Source: Propionibacteriaceae bacterium
GTDB lineage: Bacteria; Actinomycetota; Actinomycetes; Propionibacteriales; Propionibacteriaceae
Assembly (NCBI GenBank): GCA_003158895.1
Contig: PMLO01000090.1
Coordinates: forward strand, 33,005 to 97,004
DNA: 64,000 nt
Reading direction: 5' to 3'
A program made the translations under genes and the position numbers. Shown here piece after piece: positions 37,567 to 46,537 of the stretch; position 1 is the stretch's first letter, and each line of letters begins with the position of its first letter. Below the pieces are notes generated by a model, which saw nothing but the letters and a program-made list of their open reading frames with translations, was not told where the DNA came from and ran no database searches.

Positions 37567-38315
37567 CCAGTCCGCGGCGATCGAACGGCCTGGCCCCATC
37601 AGGTCGTCACGGCGTCCCAATGCGCGCGGTCGCCGCAAGCAGCGGCCTGGCACGGACCCGTGTGGTCCGTGCCGGGTTCGCTGCCCTCGTCCTCACCCTC
37701 GTTCTCGGCGGCGGGTTGATGAGCCTGACGGCAGGGACCACGAGCAGTGCGGCCGCGGCACCCATGCCTACCGCGACGGTCTCGACCGGTCTCGCGCCGG
37801 AAGCGGCCGGTCCGACAGCCCTACCCGTTGCCTCGGGGTCCGCGTCGCCGCAGGTCATCACCACCGACACGATGGCGCCGGGGACGGTCCTGATCCCTTC
37901 GGCGGGCATCTACATCAGTTACGCACTGGAGCCGGTCATTAACGGCGAAGCGACAGTCCCGGACTGCACAGCCGGCATCTGGGACAAGGGCGCCACGCCC
38001 ACGGACAAGGCCGGCACGGTCCTGCTGTGGGGCCACGTCGACACGAGCCACTGCCGCACCGGCGCGTTCGCCGGCCTCGCCTCGACCGTCCCGAACGGTG
38101 CGATCTATCTCAAGGACGCCGATGGCCACGTGACGAGCTGGCAGGTGACCCAGATGTATACCGAGCCGCGGAGCTCGAAGCACGCCGAGCTGTTCACCAC
38201 TGCGGGTCCGCACCGGCTCGCGGTCGTGACCTGCGGTGGTGCACCGACCACTGATGGCTATTACACGCACAACGTCATCGTCATTGCACAGGAAACTGCG
38301 TCCCAACAGGCGTAG
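37563..38315 (+). CDS. sortase (class E/F-like)
   Basis: ATGA overlap with the adhesin stop; LLWGHVDT (His) and RLAVVTCGG (Cys) motifs; N-terminal TM helix. Confidence 0.75.
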   Translation: MTSPRRSNGLAPSGRHGVPMRAVAASSGLARTRVVRAGFAALVLTLVLGGGLMSLTAGTTSSAAAAPMPTATVSTGLAPEAAGPTALPVASGSASPQVITTDTMAPGTVLIPSAGIYISYALEPVINGEATVPDCTAGIWDKGATPTDKAGTVLLWGHVDTSHCRTGAFAGLASTVPNGAIYLKDADGHVTSWQVTQMYTEPRSSKHAELFTTAGPHRLAVVTCGGAPTTDGYYTHNVIVIAQETASQQA

Positions 38316-38363
38316 ATCCGTAGCAGCGGATATACGGAACCGCGTAGGTACGGAAGGAAGGAG
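38310..38363 (+). promoter_or_regulatory. CCGTAGC...GTACGGAAGGAAGGAG upstream element (copy B) including RBS
   Basis: gcgtagatccgtagcagcggatatacggaaccgcgtaggtacggaaggaaggag, directly before ATG 38370. Confidence 0.5.
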
Positions 38364-38369
38364 CAGGGG

Positions 38370-39389
38370 ATGCCTGTTGTGATCGGTGTTGTCGTGACGA
38401 TTGTGCTGCTGCCGTTTGTCTTGGTGTTCGGTGTTTTGGGTCTGGTGGTGATGGCTCCTGCCGAGTCGTCTTCGTCGAGCTGGGCGAATGGTGCGGTGTG
38501 CGCGACGTCGGGTGGCCTGCCGGGGTTGTCGGCTGAGCAGGCTGGTAACGCACGATCAATCATTGCTACCGCGGCCGCCCGTGATGGGTCCGCTGGTGCG
38601 GTTATTGCGGTGATGACTGCGATGACGGAGTCGGCGCTGGTCAACGTCTCGCATGGTGATGTGGCCGGCCCTGACTCCCTCGGTCTGTTTCAGCAACGCG
38701 CCAGCTGGGGCACGGTCGCGCAACGCATGGACCCGGCTACGGCGACCGGGCTGTTCCTGTCGGCCCTCGAGCAGGTGCCGAGCTGGTCGACCGTGGCGGC
38801 GCCGGTCGCGGCGCAGACGGTGCAGCGGTCCGCGTTCGCCGATGGCAGCAACTACGCCCGCAACCTGGGCCAGGCGCAGCTGCTCGTTTCGACGGTGTTG
38901 GCGGATGCGGCCGCGGCCGGGTGCGTCCCGGGCGGCTTCAGTAACGTCGGCGGAGCGCCTGTCGTGTCGGATGTGGCTGGGCTGAATGCTCGTGCGCAGG
39001 GGTTCGCTGATGCGTCGGCGGCGGGCCGGCCGGATCCGTTCTTCGGCGGGACGTCGTATTACCGGCTGTGTGGGGAGCTGGCCGCACGGATCAACGGGCA
39101 TCCGATGTCGGGGTGGTCGTCGGCTGCGGTGCAGTGGTCGGCGTATGTGGCCTCAGGTGAGGCCCACGCGGGCGATACGAGCCCGCCGACGGGAGCGTTG
39201 TTGTTCTACTCGACCTCGTCTCCGGCCGGGCACGTCGCCACGTATCTAGGCGGCGGGAAGGTCGCGTCGAACGACGTCGGCGACGGTGCGTCCGGCCGGA
39301 GCGGCGGCGTCTACATCGTCTCCGCTACCGCGTTGACTTCCGGCCCGTGGCGACTGCACTACCTCGGCTGGGCCGCACCCAGGTACTGA
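38370..39389 (+). CDS. bifunctional cell-wall hydrolase (SLT-like plus NlpC/P60-like)
   Basis: TM anchor; MTESALVN...SLGLFQQR (lytic-transglycosylase-like E-S/GLFQ); C-terminal YYRLCGE...AGHVATYLGGG (Cys/His peptidase). Confidence 0.7.
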   Translation: MPVVIGVVVTIVLLPFVLVFGVLGLVVMAPAESSSSSWANGAVCATSGGLPGLSAEQAGNARSIIATAAARDGSAGAVIAVMTAMTESALVNVSHGDVAGPDSLGLFQQRASWGTVAQRMDPATATGLFLSALEQVPSWSTVAAPVAAQTVQRSAFADGSNYARNLGQAQLLVSTVLADAAAAGCVPGGFSNVGGAPVVSDVAGLNARAQGFADASAAGRPDPFFGGTSYYRLCGELAARINGHPMSGWSSAAVQWSAYVASGEAHAGDTSPPTGALLFYSTSSPAGHVATYLGGGKVASNDVGDGASGRSGGVYIVSATALTSGPWRLHYLGWAAPRY

Positions 39390-39480
39390 CCCCGGTGCGC
39401 GGGCTTTGAGATGAACCCAGGACGGTTCTCCACGGTCTGTGAGGAACCACACCCGAAACAAACCCAGAAGGAGACCCGTC

Positions 39481-39813
39481 ATGGGACCGAAGTTCGAGAC
39501 AGTGCCGGCCGCTGGACCCACGCCGCCGCCCGGTGGGTGGGATCCGGGCGTGACGCCCAACACCACCGGCCTGCCAGGAATTCCGCAGGCGCAGGCTCTG
39601 GCCGGCGGCATCATCACCTACGTCCTGATCGGGTTGGTCGTCGCCATGATCATCTCCGCCCTGGTGTGGGCGTTCTCGGCGTGGAAGGGCCATCAGGGCG
39701 GTGTGCAGGGCGGGAAGATGAGCCTGATCGTCTGCTTCGCTGCGGCGATCATCGTCGGCGCGGCTGACGCGATCATTGTGTTCGCCGCGGGCGTCGGCCA
39801 GCAGGTGAAGTGA
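39481..39813 (+). CDS. small two-TM protein (pilin/VirB2-like position)
   Basis: GAAGGAG RBS; GGIITYVLIGLVVAMIISALVWAF and LIVCFAAAIIVGAADAIIVFAAG helices. Confidence 0.5.
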   Translation: MGPKFETVPAAGPTPPPGGWDPGVTPNTTGLPGIPQAQALAGGIITYVLIGLVVAMIISALVWAFSAWKGHQGGVQGGKMSLIVCFAAAIIVGAADAIIVFAAGVGQQVK

Positions 39814-40547
39814 TGCGTCTGCTCGTGCACCGGGCGGTCAGGTCCCCACTCGTGATCATCTTCGCCTGCCTGCTCGCCATTCTCGCTGTCGGGGCCGTGA
39901 TGACGGCCGTGTCGAGCCACACGGCCTCGGCCGCTTCTCGCCGGGCATCTGCGGCCGGCTCGGTCGGTGCCGCGACCGCGTCACCAGGGGCGGCGTCGGA
40001 CGGTGCGGCGTCCGTCGAGACGGGGGCTCCGAGGTCGTCGCTGCCGGCGTTGTCGGCTGAGCAGACCTCGACGCCGGAGGCGTTCATCGAGGCTGTCATG
40101 ACTCAGGTCTTGACGATCGACTATGCGCGCACGTCTCGTGCGGACCTTCAGAACTGGGTCGACGCTAACCAGTCGATCGTCCACACCGCTCCGTCGCCGC
40201 CGGAGATCACGGCCGACATGCTGCGGCATTCCGCGTGGTACGAGCTCACGAAGGTCATGGACACCGGCGCCGCGCCACTGGTGGTCTCGGAGTCGGAGTG
40301 GGCCGCGTACGCCCGGGCCGGCGCCACCTCGAGCGTGAAGAACGTGCAGGTCACCCGGGATCCGGTCTATGAGAAGAACCTGGCTGCCGGTATGGAAAAC
40401 CCTGGACCGTATGTGACCGCCCGGCTCTACATCGCGGAATGGGACATCACCATTGCCGGTGCCGTGACCCACCGCAACCTGTCGCTGTCTGTTTCGGTGG
40501 ATCTGGCCCTGTTCCGCAGTGGCTACGGGTTGCTGGCGGTCCTCTGA
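39810..40547 (+). CDS. bitopic membrane protein (possible VirB8 analogue)
   Basis: One N-terminal TM helix, a Ser/Ala linker, then a roughly 150-aa mixed alpha/beta domain. The VirB8 analogy rests on topology only. Confidence 0.4.
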   Translation: MMRLLVHRAVRSPLVIIFACLLAILAVGAVMTAVSSHTASAASRRASAAGSVGAATASPGAASDGAASVETGAPRSSLPALSAEQTSTPEAFIEAVMTQVLTIDYARTSRADLQNWVDANQSIVHTAPSPPEITADMLRHSAWYELTKVMDTGAAPLVVSESEWAAYARAGATSSVKNVQVTRDPVYEKNLAAGMENPGPYVTARLYIAEWDITIAGAVTHRNLSLSVSVDLALFRSGYGLLAVL

Positions 40548-41809
40548 TGGCCTGTGATCCGATCGTGATCGCGGCATCTCCTCTCGCGTGCGCCGCCGTC
40601 GACGCGGCTGGGGCCGCGGGTTCCTCGGCCGTGGACAGGGCGATAGATGGCTTTGCGAATTCCGCGGGGAAGGTCGCAGGCGGGATGCTGCGGTGGTTGG
40701 CGGAGCAGTTGTCGACTGCTACCGGTGTTGACTTGTCGGTGCTGACTCCGTCGGGTAGCCCGTCGATTCTGACGATCACGTGGGCTATCGCATTGGTGAT
40801 GTGTGTGATGTTGCTGGTGATTCAGGTCGGGTTGGCAGCGTTGACCCGTAACCCGAAAGGGATCTGGATCGCGCTGCGAGGTGTCGCGATCGCGTTCCCG
40901 GGGGCAATGGTCGTCCTGATGGCCCTGCCGACGCTCCTGGCGATGCTCGACGCCATGTCAAGCGGCGTCATGAACTGGTCGGTCACCAACCAGGGAACAC
41001 GGGTGTTGAACGACATGGCGTCGACACTGAGCGCGGACCCGACGGGCCTAGGTGCCGCGTTGTTGGAGATTGTGCTGATCGTCTCGTCCGCGATGGTGTA
41101 CGTCGCGTTGCTGTTGCGGATGCTGCTGATCCTGGTTGCGGCAGTGATGGCGCCGCTCGCGTTCGCTGGCGCTGTCGCCGAATGGTCGTCGAAATGGCCC
41201 CGACGCTGGGTCGAGATCACGCTCGCCCTCGCGGTCTCGAAGCTGCTGCTGGTGATCGTGTTCGCGACAGGGTTCGCCGTCATCTACGGCGTGAACAAGG
41301 CAACGGTCGGGCTGCAAACCCCGGCGCAGGTCTCGAACGTCGCTGCCGGTGCTCTGCTCCTGCTGTGCGCCGGGTTCGCCCCGATGGGTGCCCTGAAGCT
41401 GTTCCATTTCGCCGGCGACAGCCTCGGCCAGATCCACGCCATGCACCAAGCCGCCGCGTCCGGCGGGCAGAAAGTCGTCGACACCGGAAAGGAAGTCGCC
41501 AAGAAGGCGATATCGGCCGCGACTGGGGTACCGGTCTCCAGCGGCAAGAACCCGCCCGCGCCCAGCGGCACGCCGGTGAAGACGCCACCGGAGACCCCCG
41601 GCGACGCCGCGTCGCCCACAACAACCCCCGAGTCTGCCCCTGGGGGTGGTTCGTCGTCCGCGCCGGTTCCGGTCAGTTCGGGGTCCGGGTCGGTCGGCGG
41701 GTCCTCAGATGGTGGTTCGTCGGCCGATACGTCCGGTTCGGATGGTTCATCGTCGTCGGTTCCGGTGAGCTCGGGGCCGGCTGAGCTGCCGGCGAAGGAG
41801 AGTGTGTGA
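40547..41809 (+). CDS. polytopic membrane protein (VirB6/TrbL-like) with Ser/Gly/Pro-rich tail
   Basis: ATG overlaps the upstream stop (TGATG); at least 6 hydrophobic helices; low-complexity C-terminus. Confidence 0.55.
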   Translation: MACDPIVIAASPLACAAVDAAGAAGSSAVDRAIDGFANSAGKVAGGMLRWLAEQLSTATGVDLSVLTPSGSPSILTITWAIALVMCVMLLVIQVGLAALTRNPKGIWIALRGVAIAFPGAMVVLMALPTLLAMLDAMSSGVMNWSVTNQGTRVLNDMASTLSADPTGLGAALLEIVLIVSSAMVYVALLLRMLLILVAAVMAPLAFAGAVAEWSSKWPRRWVEITLALAVSKLLLVIVFATGFAVIYGVNKATVGLQTPAQVSNVAAGALLLLCAGFAPMGALKLFHFAGDSLGQIHAMHQAAASGGQKVVDTGKEVAKKAISAATGVPVSSGKNPPAPSGTPVKTPPETPGDAASPTTTPESAPGGGSSSAPVPVSSGSGSVGGSSDGGSSADTSGSDGSSSSVPVSSGPAELPAKESV

Positions 41810-43263
41810 TGGGTGAGACACCGTTGGTTTCGGCTGCGTTCGGTCGCCGGCAGACTGCCGGGTTACTGTTCGGCTTGTCGCCGATGTCGCTGGTGAGTTT
41901 CGCGCTGGGCATGGTGATCGTGTTCATGCTGTTCATGTCCCGCGCGGGTGCTGTGGGGTGGTGGGGGTTGGCGCCGTTGTGGCTGGGGCTGATCGCGGCT
42001 GCATTCGTTCCGCTGCATGGCGGGTCGTTGGCGGACTATGCGCCGACGTTGGTGTCGTGGGTGGTGCGGAGGGTGTCTGGGCAGTGGCGGTTCCGGGCGG
42101 AGGTGATGCGGCCGCGGCCGGCAGGGACGATGGCGTTGCCGGGGGATGCGGCGGCGTTGCAGTTCGTGTCCGCGCCCCCACCGGACGGGTCGCCGGGGCC
42201 GGTGATGGTCCACGACCCGTGGCGGCAGACGCTGACGGCGGTCGTCGAGGTGGAGGTGTCCGGGTTTGTCCTGTTGGACCCGGATGCGAAGAACCGCCGG
42301 GTCCGCGGGTATGCGCGGCTGATGGATGCGTTGGCGTCGTCGTCGACGTTTGCCGCGTGTCAGGTGTGGGAGTCCGTCATCCCGGACTCTGGCGATGGTG
42401 TGCAGGGCTGGTGGCGTGACCACGGCCAGCCCGACACGGTCGCCGGGTCGTTGTATGCCGAGGCGATCACGGCGGCTGGGCCGGCCGCGTCACGTCACCG
42501 GTTGTTGATCGCGGTGACGTTGGACAAGCGGGCCGCGCGTAGCGAGATCCGCCAGCAGGGCCGCGGAGTGACGGGTGCGGCACGGGTGCTTTATGGCGAC
42601 ATTGCCGCGCTGGGGTCGACGTTGGCGGATGCGGAGCTGCGGGTGGTGGGGTGGTTGGCGCCGGACGCGTTGGCGGCGTTCATTCGTGGCGCGTATGACC
42701 CGGCTGATGTGCCGGTCGCCGGGGACGCCAGGACTGAGCTGGCATCGGCCGGTCCGGTCGCTGTTGATGAGCATTGGGACTTCCTGCGGCACGATTCCGG
42801 GTGGTCGGCGGTGTTGTGGGCTGGTGAGTGGCCGGCGTCGGCGGTCGGTCCGGAGTTCCTCCACAAGCTGATCTTCGCCGCGGGCGTGCGGCGCACGGTG
42901 AGCATCATTCAGGTCCCCATCTCGCCGGAGAAGGCACGGCAGGCGCTGCGGTCAGAACGGACGCAGTACGAGACGGACCGGCACGCCAAGCAGCGCGCCG
43001 GGTTCCTGATCGACGACATCGAGGACGCGGAGCTGGGCCAGGTCCGGCAACGGGCCCGGGCGCTCGGCGCCGGGCATGCGGACATCCGGTTCGCGGGGCT
43101 GGTGGTGGTGACCTCGACGGTGTCGCTGGAGCAGCTGCGGGCGGATGTGGCGGCGGTGAAGCGACGCGGCCTGGGTGCCGGGGTGGACCTGGTCGTCTTG
43201 TACGGGCGGCAGTCGCAGGCGTTCATCGCCGGCGCGTTGCCGCTGGGCAGGTCGGTGTTCTGA
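41806..43263 (+). CDS. conjugal-transfer membrane protein (SCO6880-like)
   Basis: Two N-terminal TM helices plus a large soluble domain; 4-nt overlap with the upstream gene. The family name is from memory, not a search. Confidence 0.45.
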   Translation: MMGETPLVSAAFGRRQTAGLLFGLSPMSLVSFALGMVIVFMLFMSRAGAVGWWGLAPLWLGLIAAAFVPLHGGSLADYAPTLVSWVVRRVSGQWRFRAEVMRPRPAGTMALPGDAAALQFVSAPPPDGSPGPVMVHDPWRQTLTAVVEVEVSGFVLLDPDAKNRRVRGYARLMDALASSSTFAACQVWESVIPDSGDGVQGWWRDHGQPDTVAGSLYAEAITAAGPAASRHRLLIAVTLDKRAARSEIRQQGRGVTGAARVLYGDIAALGSTLADAELRVVGWLAPDALAAFIRGAYDPADVPVAGDARTELASAGPVAVDEHWDFLRHDSGWSAVLWAGEWPASAVGPEFLHKLIFAAGVRRTVSIIQVPISPEKARQALRSERTQYETDRHAKQRAGFLIDDIEDAELGQVRQRARALGAGHADIRFAGLVVVTSTVSLEQLRADVAAVKRRGLGAGVDLVVLYGRQSQAFIAGALPLGRSVF

Positions 43264-44165
43264 TGCGATGGCCACGAACTCAGGTCCCGGACCCGATCAG
43301 CTCGCCCCGGATGGGGCCGGCTGGTCGGCACATCATTGTTGTGTTCGCCCCGAAGGGGGGTGTCGGGAAGACGACGGTCGCGGCCGGGATCGCGCAGCAG
43401 CTCGCCGCGACCCGTGGCGAGACGGTCGCCGTGATCGACGCGAACCTGCACCGCGGCACGTTGCGGCAACGGACCGTTCCTGGTGAGGTCCCTCCGCCGT
43501 TGTCGTTTGTGGAGCTATGTCGCCAGGCGCCCGTGTTGCGGCCGGAGTGGCCGATGCTGGTCCCGTTCCATGACCTGGTCGGCAGGTTGCGGGTGTTCGG
43601 GAACGACGCCGCGGATCCGGCTGCGGTGGAGGCGCTGGACGGGCCGGCCTTTGCGGCAGGCGTGGATCTGGTGGCCCGTGCGGCGCAGGTCGTGGTGCTC
43701 GACATGGGTACCTCTGCAACTGGGCCGGTGATCCGTGCCGCGTTGGAGATGGCGGGGACTGTGGTTGCTGTCGCTGACCGCAGCGCGGACTCGTTGGAGC
43801 TGCTCATCGAGTGGGTGTCGGCGTTGGCCGGTTCTCCGCAGTCGTTCAGTCCCGCTGCGGAAGCGGTCGCCGGGTTCGCGTCAGTCGCGGACGGCCGCTA
43901 TGCCGACCTGGTCCCGGGCCTGGTGATCGCGCTGAATCCGTCCCGGACGCGTAGTGACGTACTGCCGCGGGACCAGCGCCGGTATCTGGAGTGGCTGAAT
44001 CAGGCGTGCGGGCATGTGGTGTCGGTACCACGGGACCCCCAGGTCGCCCGCGGTGACGTGATCGACTGGGACACCGTGTCTGCGTCGACGTTGCGGGCGT
44101 TCCGGGACCTGGCCGGGTGCTGCGCTTCCCGGTTCCCTCTGCCGCCGCGCGAGCGCGTGTCGTGA
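43263..44165 (+). CDS. ParA/MinD-family ATPase
   Basis: Deviant Walker A VVFAPKGGVGKTTVAAG; VVLDMG Walker B-like. Confidence 0.7.
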   Translation: MRWPRTQVPDPISSPRMGPAGRHIIVVFAPKGGVGKTTVAAGIAQQLAATRGETVAVIDANLHRGTLRQRTVPGEVPPPLSFVELCRQAPVLRPEWPMLVPFHDLVGRLRVFGNDAADPAAVEALDGPAFAAGVDLVARAAQVVVLDMGTSATGPVIRAALEMAGTVVAVADRSADSLELLIEWVSALAGSPQSFSPAAEAVAGFASVADGRYADLVPGLVIALNPSRTRSDVLPRDQRRYLEWLNQACGHVVSVPRDPQVARGDVIDWDTVSASTLRAFRDLAGCCASRFPLPPRERVS

Positions 44166-44836
44166 GCGTCGGCCTGCCGGCGTTGCCGCCGCGAGCCCGC
44201 CGCCGCACGGAACGGCCAGCCTGGCAGGGCCAGGCGGTCGTCGTCGCGATGGTCGTCGTGTTGATCGTCGGCGCCGGGTGGGTGGGCGCTGCCGTCGTGA
44301 CAGCGCCAGTGTCCGCAGCGTCGACCACGGTGGCAACGATCACCGCCGTGACGACCGCCACGGCGATGACCACAGTCACCGCGCCTGCGCCAGAAACGCC
44401 GCTCTCAGCGGCGCCGACTGACACCACCACGACTACGGCACCGATCCAGGCGCCGGCGCCGGCGCCGGCGAAGACCACCACGGCGGCGGCACGGAAGACA
44501 ACGACAGCACCAGCCGCCCCCGCGAAGACGACTGCTGCGCCGGCGCCGGCGCCGGCGGCTCACCATGTGTCGGCGTCGCTTGCGGCGTCCGGAGGTGGCG
44601 GGGCGATCACAGCGACGGTGACGGTGACTAGTGATGCCGCGACAGCGGCGGTGACGATCTCCGCCACATCCCCCGGGAAAGCAACTGCGTCGGCGAGCAA
44701 GACGGTCACTGTCAGCGGCGGCACAGGCAGCTGGACAACCACGTTGCACCCCGGTTCCGGGACGTGGTCGGTGTCGGCGTATGTGTCGTGCAGTTCGGGA
44801 TCTGTCACCACCGGCACCTTCACACTAGGAGTCTGA
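44162..44836 (+). CDS. membrane-anchored Ala/Thr/Pro-rich protein with C-terminal beta domain
   Basis: GTGA overlap; TM helix AVVVAMVVVLIVGAGWVGAAV; PAKTTTAAARKTTTAPAAPAKTTAAP linker. Confidence 0.5.
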   Translation: MSVGLPALPPRARRRTERPAWQGQAVVVAMVVVLIVGAGWVGAAVVTAPVSAASTTVATITAVTTATAMTTVTAPAPETPLSAAPTDTTTTTAPIQAPAPAPAKTTTAAARKTTTAPAAPAKTTAAPAPAPAAHHVSASLAASGGGGAITATVTVTSDAATAAVTISATSPGKATASASKTVTVSGGTGSWTTTLHPGSGTWSVSAYVSCSSGSVTTGTFTLGV

Positions 44837-46537
44837 ATGCGGCCTCTTCCGCCACTACCCAACAAGCCGACCGTCCCCGACGCGGCACCCATTCCGCCTT
44901 CCTCGGCATCGCCTGGCCCGGTCGAGGGGTGGAGCTGGCCGGCGGCACCCGCCGCGGCGCCCACCTCCCCGGCGGGTCCGGTGCTGGTGGGTCCGTCGAC
45001 GGTGGATCCGGGTGCGACGACGCTGGCCGGGTCGGGGTTCATCCCGGCCGGGGACCGCAGCGCGTTGCGTGCAGCTCGTCGGCTGGCGACACGCCGCGAG
45101 GCTGCGACCAGGTCGGCCCGGGCCGAGTTGGTCAAGGGCGAGAAGGCGCGCGACATGGCGGAGAACCGGAGCGTGGACTGGTTACCGCGGCGGGGCACGA
45201 AGGGTCCCGATGCGGGTCGAACGGTCGGCAGGTTGCGGCTGAGGCCGCACAAGGCGACCAGTGATGTGCTGTCGGTCGCGTACCCGTTCTTGGCTGAGGC
45301 CGGGATCGGGTCGTCCGGTCCGTGGATCGGTACCGACTCGTGGTCGGGGTCGTCGTTCTGCTTCGACCCGTGGGAGCTGTACAAGCGGGGCGTGCTGACG
45401 AACCCGAACGTGTTGCTGGCCGGGGTGATCGGCCGCGGGAAGACGACCTTGTCGGCGTCGCTGGTTGTCCGGTCGCTCGCGTTCGACCGGCAGGCGTTCA
45501 TCCCCGGTGATCTGAAGGGCGAATGGGCGTTCCTGGTCCACGCGCTCGAGGAGATGGCTGCCAGGCGCGAGAAGCGGTTCTCGGGGGCCGTGTTGGCGTT
45601 GGGTCCTGGCATGGCCACCCGGTTGAACCCGCTCGACGCCGGACCTCGGCCGGCCATGATGATCGGCCCGACTGGGGGCCGGGAAGCGATGACTGACCAG
45701 GCATGGACCGACATCGTCCACAACCGCCGTTCTGCGCTGCTGACGGCGCTCGCGATCACGGGCACCGGCCGGGACCTGTCACCGGTCGAAGGGACCGCGT
45801 TGGCTGCCGGGCTGGTGGAGGCCGAACGCCGCCCTGATCCGATGCTGCCGCATGTGGTGGCAGCACTGCTGGACCCGCCCGTCGATGGTGTCCGGGGCTC
45901 GACCCGCGCGCAGCTGATCGAAGACGGCCGCCCGGTCGCCCACGCCCTGCTGGCCTTGGTCGAAGGAGACCTGAAGGGCATGTTCGACGGTGCGTCGACG
46001 ACGACGTTGGACACGACGTGCGACATCACCGTCGCGGACCTGTCGCGGATCCACGGGTCTGACACCCGCCTGGCGTTGGTGCAGACGTGCGTGTCGTCAT
46101 GGATGGAAGCCGCGCTGATGGACCCGGAGTCGCCGAACAGGTGGGTCGTCTACGACGAGGCGTGGCGGCTGATGCGGCTGCCGGCGCTGCTGAGCCGGAT
46201 GCAGTCGCAGTGGAAGCTGTCGCGGGCGCTCGGTATCGCGAACCTGCTCGTGATCCACCGCCTGTCCGACCTCGACTCGGTCGGCGACGAAGGCTCGTCG
46301 ATGCGTGAGCAGGCGCTCGGGCTGCTCGCCGACTGCTCGTCGCGGATCCTCTACGCCCAAGAAGCCGACCAGGCGGCAAAGACCGGTGCGTCGATCGGCC
46401 TGACGACGACGGAGATGGACCAGCTGTCAGCGCTCGACAAAGGCGAAGGGCTGTGGAAGCTCGGCGGCCGGTCGTTCATGGTCCGCCACCGAGTACCCGC
46501 CTCAGAGTTGACGCTCCTGCCAGATCGGATGCGGTGA
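44837..46537 (+). CDS. VirB4/TraE-like conjugation ATPase
   Basis: Walker A LLAGVIGRGKTTLS, Walker B RWVVYDEAWRL, about 560 aa. Confidence 0.75.
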   Translation: MRPLPPLPNKPTVPDAAPIPPSSASPGPVEGWSWPAAPAAAPTSPAGPVLVGPSTVDPGATTLAGSGFIPAGDRSALRAARRLATRREAATRSARAELVKGEKARDMAENRSVDWLPRRGTKGPDAGRTVGRLRLRPHKATSDVLSVAYPFLAEAGIGSSGPWIGTDSWSGSSFCFDPWELYKRGVLTNPNVLLAGVIGRGKTTLSASLVVRSLAFDRQAFIPGDLKGEWAFLVHALEEMAARREKRFSGAVLALGPGMATRLNPLDAGPRPAMMIGPTGGREAMTDQAWTDIVHNRRSALLTALAITGTGRDLSPVEGTALAAGLVEAERRPDPMLPHVVAALLDPPVDGVRGSTRAQLIEDGRPVAHALLALVEGDLKGMFDGASTTTLDTTCDITVADLSRIHGSDTRLALVQTCVSSWMEAALMDPESPNRWVVYDEAWRLMRLPALLSRMQSQWKLSRALGIANLLVIHRLSDLDSVGDEGSSMREQALGLLADCSSRILYAQEADQAAKTGASIGLTTTEMDQLSALDKGEGLWKLGGRSFMVRHRVPASELTLLPDRMR

